A stretch of 64,000 nucleotides of DNA from an uncultured virus (IMG/VR IMGVR_UViG_3300050821_004776) (taxonomy: Duplodnaviria; Heunggongvirae; Uroviricota; Caudoviricetes), in IMG/VR virus record IMGVR_UViG_3300050821_004776. One strand, written 5' to 3'. Below, in pieces: positions 30,703 through 38,653 of this stretch. Made by a program: the position numbers and the translations under genes. The notes beneath the pieces are model-generated. The model searched no databases, had not been told where the DNA came from, and worked only from the letters and a program-made list of their open reading frames with translations. The stretch's first letter is position 1. Each line of letters opens with the position of its first letter.

Positions 30703-31095
30703 GTCGCACATCCTGTCTCTCACCACAGGCATTGTCACATCGTCAGCATGCTGTACCCCGGCGTCTTCTTGCTGTCGCACATCCTGTCTCTCACCACGGG
30801 CATTGTCACGCCCTTGAGACGCCGCAGCTCACGCAGTGCCTTGGCGTCGCACATCCTGTCTCTCACCACGGGCATTGTCACCATTGTCACGGCCGGACCG
30901 AGGCGCTCCGGGAAGCGTCGCACATCCTGTCTCTCACCACGGGCATTGTCACATGTACGCCGGGTTGCCGTTCGCCTGCTGGACCGCGTCGCACATCCTG
31001 TCTCTCACCACGGGCATTGTCACCTGAAAATCAGGTGGGGCGCATGCCGGGAACACACGGTCGCACATCCTGTCTCTCACCACGGGCATTGTCAC
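30703..31095 (-). CRISPR. CRISPR array: 6 x 36-bp repeats (- strand GTGACAATGCCCGTGGTGAGAGACAGGATGTGCGAC), 5 spacers of 35-36 bp
   Basis: Repeats start at 30703, 30774, 30846, 30917, 30988 and 31060; spacers 35/36/35/35/36 bp, all different; single variant repeat at 30703 is the trailer end. Confidence 0.98.
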
Positions 31096-31240
31096 GGCTC
31101 GCTTATTTTACCGGCCTTGGCCTGCGGATACGTCCCCGCTTGCGAGCGGCGGGGCGGCCCCAGGCTTCCGGGATCAGGTTATCCCCCCTCTTGTATTCGA
31201 GTTCTGGCTCCCTGCCTGCCTGCGAGCGCTTCCCGGAATT
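31096..31240 (-). promoter_or_regulatory. Probable CRISPR leader/promoter overlapping the nuclease 3' end
   Basis: TAAAAT at 31110-31105, 9 nt before the first repeat; CGCTCGCA occurs twice upstream. Confidence 0.55.
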
Positions 31241-32548
31241 CTGCTGGGCACGCCACCGCTCGCGGATGTTGACAGCGGCGTTGACGTCCGCGTCGGCCTC
31301 GTACCCGCAGCTCACGCACAGGAACCGCGTACTCGCCCGGTTAGCCCTCTCCGTGCAGCCGCAGGCGGGACAGCACTGGCTGGTGTAAGCGGGATTGACC
31401 TCCGGGGCGCTGCCGCCCTTCTGCGCGTACAGCACGGGAATCGCCCCGAGGTTAGCGGCCAGCAGTTCCCGGTTCAGCCCCTTTTTGGCCGCGACGTTCG
31501 TGCCGGGAACCTCTTCAGTGCCGGCGGCCGACCGTGTCATGGCGGGCAGCTTCAGGTCCTCGAAGACCACCGTCTCATAGGAGTCCGCCATCACCCGGGT
31601 GAGCTTGTGCAGGTGATCGCGCATGCGGTGCTCCGCCAGGGCGCGCAGTTCCCGCAGCTCGCCCAGGGTCCGGAGGTACCGCGTACCCGGGTGCCATTTC
31701 TTCCGGCATCCCGGGACCTGGCAGCGCTCCCGGTGCTCAGCCTCCGCTCGCCGCCGCTGACGGGCTAGCCGCTGCTCAAGAGCCGTGTACCTGGCGCGTT
31801 CAGCCTCGGTCAGGCCGGGGGTGATGGCGTAACGCCCGTCGCTGACGGCGACCTGCAAGTTCACGCCCCGGTCCGCGCCCGCTACCGTTCCGGGCAGGGC
31901 CGCCGGCCGCGCGTAAGCCTCAGTGCTGAGCGTGATCACGATCTCGAACTTGCCCTGGATGCCGCGCTTCACCCTGATGCTGGCGATATCAGCACCGGCA
32001 GGCAGCTCCCGGTGATACCGGATCTTCCATTCCCCGCCGAAGGCCCCGGGCAGCTTTACCCGGGCATGCAGCCCTGACACCGAGCGGATCGCGGGTACCG
32101 GCACGTTGGTACCGCCGGCTGTCATGAGAGAGCTGTCCGCGTAGCGTTTCCGGTACCTGACGCTCGCCTTCTCGCCTCGTGCCCGGCGTTCAGTCACCTT
32201 CTTGCGGGCCTGCCTCAGCTCATCGCCTATGGCCGCGCCCAGCGCTACCGAGTGCACGTCGCTCATGGGATACACGCCGTCGTCCCATCTGAAGGTGAGC
32301 TGCTCGCGGATGATCTTGCCCGTCCACGGGTCACTGTACACCGCCGGCTTCGCGGGCAGCATGCCCTTCCCGGCATGGCCTGCCCTGAGCGCGCTGTTCA
32401 CGTCCGCCAGGAACCGGACCTTGAAATTGTAGCCACGGTTGACTCCCGTGACCTGCTTGTCGTACGCGGCCTGCTGTGTCTTGCTGGGGTAAGCCGCGTA
32501 CTTGTATGCCCGGGACTCCCCGGTCTTAGGGCGCTTGCGTTTCGGCAT
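31103..32548 (-). CDS. tnpB: CRISPR-associated TnpB / miniature Cas12-like RuvC nuclease (481 aa)
   Basis: N-terminal AYKYAAYP; RuvC-I GADRG, RuvC-II VFEDL, Zn finger CPAC...CVSC, RuvC-III DADVNAAVNI; adjacent array and anti-repeat. Confidence 0.93.
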   Translation of the reverse strand: MPKRKRPKTGESRAYKYAAYPSKTQQAAYDKQVTGVNRGYNFKVRFLADVNSALRAGHAGKGMLPAKPAVYSDPWTGKIIREQLTFRWDDGVYPMSDVHSVALGAAIGDELRQARKKVTERRARGEKASVRYRKRYADSSLMTAGGTNVPVPAIRSVSGLHARVKLPGAFGGEWKIRYHRELPAGADIASIRVKRGIQGKFEIVITLSTEAYARPAALPGTVAGADRGVNLQVAVSDGRYAITPGLTEAERARYTALEQRLARQRRRAEAEHRERCQVPGCRKKWHPGTRYLRTLGELRELRALAEHRMRDHLHKLTRVMADSYETVVFEDLKLPAMTRSAAGTEEVPGTNVAAKKGLNRELLAANLGAIPVLYAQKGGSAPEVNPAYTSQCCPACGCTERANRASTRFLCVSCGYEADADVNAAVNIRERWRAQQNSGKRSQAGREPELEYKRGDNLIPEAWGRPAARKRGRIRRPRPVK

Positions 32549-32559
32549 CGCATCCCTTC

Positions 32560-32653
32560 ATTCCCGACAATGCCCATGGTGAGAGACAGGGTTCGCGGTG
32601 CAGGCCCGGAGGCCAGTCTTAACCGCTTACGACGAGCGTGCGCTGCCCGCCAT
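32560..32653 (-). ncRNA. tracrRNA-like RNA with 25-nt anti-repeat (32566-32590)
   Basis: CCTGTCTCTCACCATGGGCATTGTC is complementary to the crRNA repeat (24 Watson-Crick pairs + 1 G-U); extended -10 TGTTACAGT at 32667-32659. Confidence 0.88.
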
Positions 32654-32682
32654 CGGCTACTGTAACACGCTCTTCGCGGGAT

Positions 32683-34971
32683 CTATTCCGTCTCCCGCTC
32701 GCTCTCGTGCCGCAGGTCCCCGGGCCTGATCCGTGGCTGGTGAACTATCGTGCCCTCCAGGACGGGCGGTGCCATGGAGAGCTTGCGGTACGAGCCCTGC
32801 CCCGACGCCGTGAACGTGCCGTCGTCGGTCAGTTCCCGAATCCAGTTCTTGACCGTGCTCAGCTTCACGTCCCTGAACGGCCCGGAGGTATCCGCCATGG
32901 CAGCCTTGGCCAAGCTGTTCTGGCTGTAAAAGTTCACCGGCTCCTCGGACACCAGGCGCACGAGCCGCAGCTTCCCCTGGGCCTTGCCCGTGCTGGCGGC
33001 CACATCTTCCAGGGCATTGTCCGGCTCCGGTGCCCAGTTCCGGAACATCGGGGTCTTCGGGTACTTCGTGATACCCGCGTCCGCGCTGTTCCGGCCGTCG
33101 CCTGGCATCCAGAGAAAACCGGCCACCGTGTTCTGCCCGACGTTCCCCCACCGGTCCTTCGTCACGGTCAGCGTGGAGTACCCGGGGTCCGACTTGGTGA
33201 ACGGCTGGGCCTGCTCGACACGGATCACGTAATCGGCGGCGCTCTCCTTGCGCTCGGCCCCGAACGTGGTGGTGCCGCTCTTGGGGAGGTGGTCCAGGAC
33301 CACGGCGGTGCCGCCGGCCTTGGTGTACAGGTTGAGGAATTCCTGGAAGATGTACTGCTCGATCGCGTCCCCGTCGTTGGCCGAAGTGCCCGGTGCCAGC
33401 CTGGCCTGGAGTCCCCGGAACGCGTCGATCACCAGCAGGCACGGGCCAAGCTCGGCAAGGGCATCGGTCAGGTCGGTAAGCGCGGGCAGCTCGTCGGAAT
33501 AATGCAGGTGATAAGCGATGGCATGCGGCTGGAGGCCCATGTACTTCAGCTTGGCGTTAAGACCCCGGTCCTGCCGCTCGAAGTCAATCCATATGACGTG
33601 AGAACCTTCGAGGATCTGCTGTTCCGCCCATTTGGCGGCGGCCCATGTCTTTCCCGCTGACCGGTGGCCTGAGATGACGGTAATGCTCCCCGGCGCGATG
33701 ATCGGCTGCGGATTGGAGTCCCTGCCCACGATTGTCAGCATGGTAGGGGCGGGCGGTTCTTCAAGGCGGGAGATGTCCCTGAATCCGCTGAACTTCCGTG
33801 CCAGGACAAACGCTACGTCCCGGTCAGCCTGCAAGCGGGCTAGCCCTAGCTTGAACTGCCTGTCGTACTCCGGCGTGCCCCGGACAAGAGCGGCGAGGTA
33901 ATCAGCGGGGCTCTGCGACGACGGCTGGGGATTGTCCTGGGTGAGAGGCCGGACCTCGAATAGCGCCTGCTGCTGAACCGTTTCCAGGATTCTCTGCTCG
34001 CGCAGCGCCCGCAGTTTCCGCTCTGTCTCGAAAGCCTGGCTAGTGCGCTCGGCTATCTCATTCAGCTCGCCCTGGCTGGCGGGAAGATGCTCAACGGTCT
34101 TTTCCTGTGCCTGGACGAGAGCCGCCGCCTTCTGCTCGGTGTTGGCATCGACCAGGCCGGAGAGGTGGTGTTCTTCCCAGGGCTCGGCGGGATTGAGCGC
34201 CAGGGCCACGCGCTTGAGCTGTTCCATGGCCTGACCGGGGTTCAGGCGGGACGCCAGCAGGTAAAGGGCGAATTCCGCCAGCTCCGTACGGTGGCCGAGG
34301 GAATTGTCCGCCTGCGCCAGCCACCACTCAGGGCCGTCCGCTGGCCGGGTATAAGCGGTCGCGCTCTGCGGCACGGGAGGATTGGCGAGGTAATTGACCC
34401 AGCGCTCAGGCAGTTCAGGCAGCTCGTCCACGTTAGGGAGAAGGCACACCTCGCCGAGCGGGTCGAAACACTGGACGAGCTGGCCGTTCTTGTGATTGAC
34501 GTCGCCCGGAGCCCAGCTAAATCTGTGCGCTGTCCTTACTATCTCTATGTGCGTGCCGCCGTGCTCGTCCGCGAACTGGGCCAGCGCCGAGTCGGTGAAG
34601 TCGAGCCAGTCCGGCTTGCGGAACAGGTACCGGCCGCTGGGATTGCCGTAGCCCCGGCTCGTGACCCGGAACGTCGCGGGCAGGTCCCCCAGCCACGCCT
34701 CCGCCTTGTCCATCGTGTCCATGCCGCGCTTGTGGTCGTAGTGATCCACGTCGAAGGCGACCACGCCCGGCGGCGGCCGGAAGGCAAGGCGGTGCGCTCC
34801 GGCGGGCTGGGCCACGACAGTGGGGAAGGGAGACGATCCTCCGGTGGTGCCGGGAACGGGGGTGTACGCGCCGGACTGCCGCGCCAGGCACCAGACAGGC
34901 TGCCAGCCGTTCATGATCATGTTCTGCGCCAGTTGCAGCAGCAGCTCGGGCGGTGCCACGTTCGCAGGCAT
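32683..34971 (-). CDS. Bifunctional primase-polymerase / AAA helicase
   Basis: N-terminal prim-pol FDVD...GRYLF; C-terminal GHRSAGKT, WIDFE, LVIDA and VLDH motifs; TGGTACCGT 7 nt before ATG 34971 suggests a leaderless start. Confidence 0.88.
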   Translation of the reverse strand: MPANVAPPELLLQLAQNMIMNGWQPVWCLARQSGAYTPVPGTTGGSSPFPTVVAQPAGAHRLAFRPPPGVVAFDVDHYDHKRGMDTMDKAEAWLGDLPATFRVTSRGYGNPSGRYLFRKPDWLDFTDSALAQFADEHGGTHIEIVRTAHRFSWAPGDVNHKNGQLVQCFDPLGEVCLLPNVDELPELPERWVNYLANPPVPQSATAYTRPADGPEWWLAQADNSLGHRTELAEFALYLLASRLNPGQAMEQLKRVALALNPAEPWEEHHLSGLVDANTEQKAAALVQAQEKTVEHLPASQGELNEIAERTSQAFETERKLRALREQRILETVQQQALFEVRPLTQDNPQPSSQSPADYLAALVRGTPEYDRQFKLGLARLQADRDVAFVLARKFSGFRDISRLEEPPAPTMLTIVGRDSNPQPIIAPGSITVISGHRSAGKTWAAAKWAEQQILEGSHVIWIDFERQDRGLNAKLKYMGLQPHAIAYHLHYSDELPALTDLTDALAELGPCLLVIDAFRGLQARLAPGTSANDGDAIEQYIFQEFLNLYTKAGGTAVVLDHLPKSGTTTFGAERKESAADYVIRVEQAQPFTKSDPGYSTLTVTKDRWGNVGQNTVAGFLWMPGDGRNSADAGITKYPKTPMFRNWAPEPDNALEDVAASTGKAQGKLRLVRLVSEEPVNFYSQNSLAKAAMADTSGPFRDVKLSTVKNWIRELTDDGTFTASGQGSYRKLSMAPPVLEGTIVHQPRIRPGDLRHESERETE

Positions 34972-35007
34972 GAGACTGACGGTACCACGGGGATGGGATA
35001 CCAGCGA

Positions 35008-35175
35008 GAATAGGGGGGTCAAGGGGGGGTCAGAATAGGGGGGTCAAGGGGGGTCAAAGGGGGGTCAAACAGGAGCAGCGCCAACTGGGTCAAGGGGGGG
35101 TCAACACGGCACCCTTTTAAGGGGGCCGTGAACCCCCTGACCCTTGACCCCCCGCTGTTGACCTGACCCCCCCTG
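35008..35175. repeat. Candidate replication origin: iteron-like GGGTCA repeats converging on a palindrome
   Basis: Seven GGGTCA copies, then CACGGC-ACCCTTTTAAGGGG-GCCGTG (35105-35130), then four TGACC(C) copies; lies between divergent primase and polymerase genes. Confidence 0.7.
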
Positions 35176-35241
35176 GCTCTTCCGGGCTCTTCCGGCTCGA
35201 TGAGAAGGAGGGCTGGAAGCTGGCCGTGGTAGGCTCGCGCC

Positions 35242-37737
35242 GTGAGTGATGAGGACGAGCTGGCCCGGCAAGAGGCAATGAAATTCGCGGACAGGCACGT
35301 GCCCATGGCGCTGGAACACCCAGAGCCCGAATCCTCCCCCGGGGCTGAAAATCCCGGGCTGTCCCATGAGGACTGCGAGCTGGTGCCCGATCCTGTCATC
35401 AAGGGAAGCTGGTGGTGCCGGACGCACGGGGAGGGCAGGCTCATGCTCCTGGGCCACGAGCCCGCAGAGGCGGTCGCCCCCGTCGATGTCGCGGAGCTGC
35501 CGAGCGTCAGGATGCTGCTGGCCGCCGAGCCTGCCCTGGTGCACGAGGCCGCTCCCGCGCCCGTTCCCCAGCCTCCCGTGAAGAAGAAGCGGAGCGCGCG
35601 CATGACTCCTGAGGAGAAGGCGGCTAAGGCAGCGGAGCGCGCGGCCGAGCGCGAGAGGAAAAAGGCCGAGAGGGCGGCGGAGCGCCTGAAGGCGAAAAAC
35701 GCCGAGAAGGCGGAGAAGATCCGCGAGGCCGAAGGCGGCTGGACCGATCTTCCCGCCGTGGTCCTCCGTGACGGCACCGTCCGCCATGTCAGCGATAAGG
35801 ACGCGTGGGCTGTTATCGAGATGTACCTGGAGGATCTCTGCCTGGACTGCGAGACATCCGGCTATCCGCTCGGGCACCGGCTCTATGAACTGCGCACTGT
35901 CCAGGCTGGAGGCGAGAAGGCCGCTATCGTCTTTGACGCGAGTTCGCCGGGGCAGATGGAAATCGCCTCTCTCGCCCTCACGATGGCGGGGAAACTGCGT
36001 GCCCATTCCGCTACCGCCGATATCATCCCCTGCGTGGCGGCCGGCCTTATCGGCTGGGATCAGGCATGGGCCAAAACGCAGGATTCCGTCCTTAACGCGA
36101 AACTGAACGACCCGAAAATGAGCGGATCTGACGCTGACGCGCTGAAAGCGCTCGCGGCCGATCTTCTCCGGGAATACGCCGTTTCGCCAAAAGCCGAAGA
36201 AGACAAGAACGCGCTTTTCCGGGAAATGGGCTGCCTTGTCGATACGACGCTCACGACGCCTCCGGAGAAAAACGGCTGGTACCGCGTAAATCCCAATTCC
36301 GTCGTAATGACACGTTATGCCGGATCTGACGTTCTCGACCTGGCCGCCGTACTGCGCGTCCTGCCGCCCGTACCGGTCACGGAGGCGGTAATGGACCGCG
36401 AGCGCGAATTCCAGGCCGCGTGCGCTTCCGTCACCTGGACTGGATTCGCCCTGGATGCCGCGCATATCAAGGCTAAGATCGCCGGGGAGGAGGCGGCCCG
36501 CGAGGAGGCCGCGCATAACGTCCTGGTTCTCAGCGACGGGAAGATCACCAACCCGAAGTCGCCGGCTGTCATCAAGCTGCTGCCCGAGGTTATTCCCGGG
36601 ATCGAGCTGGGCGTCAACCGCAAGACAAAGCGGGTAAGCGCGGACAAGGGGTCGCTGGAAAAGGTCGCCCGTACCGATGACCCGCTCACTCATCACCTGG
36701 TAAAGCAGATTCTCGCCTACCGGCACCATGACACGACTCTCGGGCTGCTGCTGCGCCCGCTGGAGAATCTCTGCGACTACGGCGACGGGCGCATGCGGCC
36801 CACCGTGTACACGATCGAGGCGTCCACCGGGCGCACGAGCTGCCGCCGGCCTAACGGGCAGCAGTTCAGCCGGCAAGGCGGCGTGCGTGCCTGCGTGACC
36901 GCCGGGACCATGACCCTGGAACTCGTCGGCGGGCAGTGGGAGGTAGTTCCCGGGGCACAGGCTTGCGAGATGCGCGGTATCAGCGCCGACTTCGAGGGCT
37001 GCGAGATCCGCGTGGCGGCGGCGCTGAGCGGCGATGCGGGCCTGTACGAGGCCGAGGTGTCCACGTTCTGCTACTACTGCCGGGAGGACCCCTGCGGGTG
37101 CGGGAAACGGCACCTGGGGCTGCACTGGCGCACGGCGCACGGCGCGCACAAGCAGGACGCCACCAAGGAACACCGCTACATGGCCAAGCGCGGTACGTTC
37201 ACCCGCCTCTTCGGCGGCGGCCCCGAGACGGCGGCTGACCAGGTGGGCGCTGAGGTGAAGGACATGCAGGCGATCTTCGCGGCCTTCGATGAGAACGCGC
37301 CGGAGTTCACCGCCTGGGACAAGTGGATGCGCCAGTGCTACAAGGAGGGTTCCATGGTCTGGCGCGACTACGCCACCGGGACCAACTACAGCCAGCCCAT
37401 CGACGGCGTGAACCGGATGATCTACCAGACGTACTCAGGGCGGCCCGTCTACATCGCCAACGGGGCGCACGCGGCCGGGAACGGGGCTATCCAGGGCACC
37501 GCCCGGGAGCTGCTGGTGGACGGGACGCTGCGCTGGCGCAGGACGCGCTGGGGGCACCTGCCGCTGCTGCCCGTCCATGACCAGATCATCGCGTTCGTCC
37601 CCGGGCACGAGGCCCGCGAGGCGACCGCCGCCCTGGCCGGCGCGATGGAGACCACGGTCCTGTCCTCGCCCGGGTTCGAGATCCGCATCGGCGCGGACGT
37701 GGATGAGCCCTTCGTGAGCTGGCCGGATTCGAGCTGA
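35242..37737 (+). CDS. polA: Family A DNA polymerase with 3'-5' exonuclease domain
   Basis: DCETSG (ExoI), TGRTS, ADFEGCEIR (motif A), RYMAKRGTF (motif B), IQGTA and VHDQ (motif C). Confidence 0.93.
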   Translation: MSDEDELARQEAMKFADRHVPMALEHPEPESSPGAENPGLSHEDCELVPDPVIKGSWWCRTHGEGRLMLLGHEPAEAVAPVDVAELPSVRMLLAAEPALVHEAAPAPVPQPPVKKKRSARMTPEEKAAKAAERAAERERKKAERAAERLKAKNAEKAEKIREAEGGWTDLPAVVLRDGTVRHVSDKDAWAVIEMYLEDLCLDCETSGYPLGHRLYELRTVQAGGEKAAIVFDASSPGQMEIASLALTMAGKLRAHSATADIIPCVAAGLIGWDQAWAKTQDSVLNAKLNDPKMSGSDADALKALAADLLREYAVSPKAEEDKNALFREMGCLVDTTLTTPPEKNGWYRVNPNSVVMTRYAGSDVLDLAAVLRVLPPVPVTEAVMDREREFQAACASVTWTGFALDAAHIKAKIAGEEAAREEAAHNVLVLSDGKITNPKSPAVIKLLPEVIPGIELGVNRKTKRVSADKGSLEKVARTDDPLTHHLVKQILAYRHHDTTLGLLLRPLENLCDYGDGRMRPTVYTIEASTGRTSCRRPNGQQFSRQGGVRACVTAGTMTLELVGGQWEVVPGAQACEMRGISADFEGCEIRVAAALSGDAGLYEAEVSTFCYYCREDPCGCGKRHLGLHWRTAHGAHKQDATKEHRYMAKRGTFTRLFGGGPETAADQVGAEVKDMQAIFAAFDENAPEFTAWDKWMRQCYKEGSMVWRDYATGTNYSQPIDGVNRMIYQTYSGRPVYIANGAHAAGNGAIQGTARELLVDGTLRWRRTRWGHLPLLPVHDQIIAFVPGHEAREATAALAGAMETTVLSSPGFEIRIGADVDEPFVSWPDSS

Positions 37738-37867
37738 CATGGCGAAGGCCCCCCTGCGCGGTGCGCGGGAGGGCCTCCGGCGGCGGGCTACAGGATGCCC
37801 AGGAGCAGCAGGATGATGAGGATGGCGATGATTACCAGGAGGACGTACAGCAGGTCCGTGCGCACGG

Positions 37868-38038
37868 TCAGGCACCCCCGTGATGCCCCGTGCCCCACCA
37901 GCCCCAGATGAAGTGAGCCGCCAGGAGGGCCAGGCCGATGAAGGCGCAGGTCATCAGGTGCTCCAGGGAGACGGTCTTGTCTACCCAGGACAGGATGGCC
38001 CCGATCAGGAAGACGACGAAGGCGAAGATTGCGAACAT
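37868..38038 (-). CDS. Small two-TM membrane protein, holin candidate
   Basis: 56 aa (MFAIFAFVVFLIG...), two hydrophobic helices, near the endolysin; a second very hydrophobic peptide ORF follows (about 37788-37871). Confidence 0.5.
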   Translation of the reverse strand: MFAIFAFVVFLIGAILSWVDKTVSLEHLMTCAFIGLALLAAHFIWGWWGTGHHGGA

Positions 38039-38085
38039 TTGGAGTTCCTTCCCTGCGGGCCGGGTGCAGACAGGCGGCCCAGTCT

Positions 38086-38590
38086 CATGATAGACCCCCG
38101 GGACTTGCCGGGCCAGGAATAACCGGGAGCGTGCCGGCGCTGTAGTGATCATGACACCTGATGTAGACTCGCGCCCATGAGCATGAGCACTGAGGACGTC
38201 TGCGGCGCGCTGACCGTGGCAGGTGCCGACGAGGACCTGGTGGGCCGGATCTTCGCCGCGCGCCTGGAGCCCGAGCACCTGGATGACCCGATGCGGAAGT
38301 TCGCCATCGGGGTTCCCCTCGGGGAAGAGCGGGCTATGCTGGTCGTGTACCGCTTCGGGAAGCCGCCCTCGGAAACCGACGACGAGTACTTCCACTGGAT
38401 TCCGCAGTGGCTCGAAGTCGCCGGGCCGTTCCCGCTCGCGGACGCCGAGGCCAAGGCGAAGGAGCTGACCAGTGCCTGAGGACAAGAAAATCCCGCTGCT
38501 GCGCGCCGACGCCACCGACGATGACCTCCAGGATGAGCCGGAGGCGCAGGACGAGCCTGAGGGCCAGGCCGCCCCCGGGGGTCTATCATG
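38086..38590. promoter_or_regulatory. 17-bp perfect inverted repeat pair, putative divergent promoters
   Basis: CATGATAGACCCCCGGG (38086-38102) and CCCGGGGGTCTATCATG (38574-38590). Confidence 0.6.
38177..38479 (+). CDS. Hypothetical protein
   Basis: 100-aa acidic ORF. Confidence 0.55.
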   Translation: MSMSTEDVCGALTVAGADEDLVGRIFAARLEPEHLDDPMRKFAIGVPLGEERAMLVVYRFGKPPSETDDEYFHWIPQWLEVAGPFPLADAEAKAKELTSA

Positions 38591-38653
38591 CCCGGTCTGC
38601 GGGCTGCGGCTCTGCGGGCACAACCTCCCCTATGCGTGAACTGAGGTAACACC

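Noticed and set aside
30953..30987. Spacer similarity to tape-measure IYAGLNYA region (about 537-560)
   Set aside because: Partial similarity collapses over the rest of the spacer and is consistent with chance in GC-rich DNA.
30732..31388. ORFs spanning the array (30732-31388, 30748-31272, 30735-30923)
   Set aside because: They are translations of the CRISPR repeats.
31103..32548. Ordinary IS200/IS605 or IS607 transposon
   Set aside because: No tnpA or serine recombinase is adjacent; both flanks are occupied by the tracr-like RNA and the CRISPR array.
31103..32548. Nuclease-dead TldR/Cas12m-type repressor
   Set aside because: All three RuvC acidic residues (DRG, EDL, DVN) are present.
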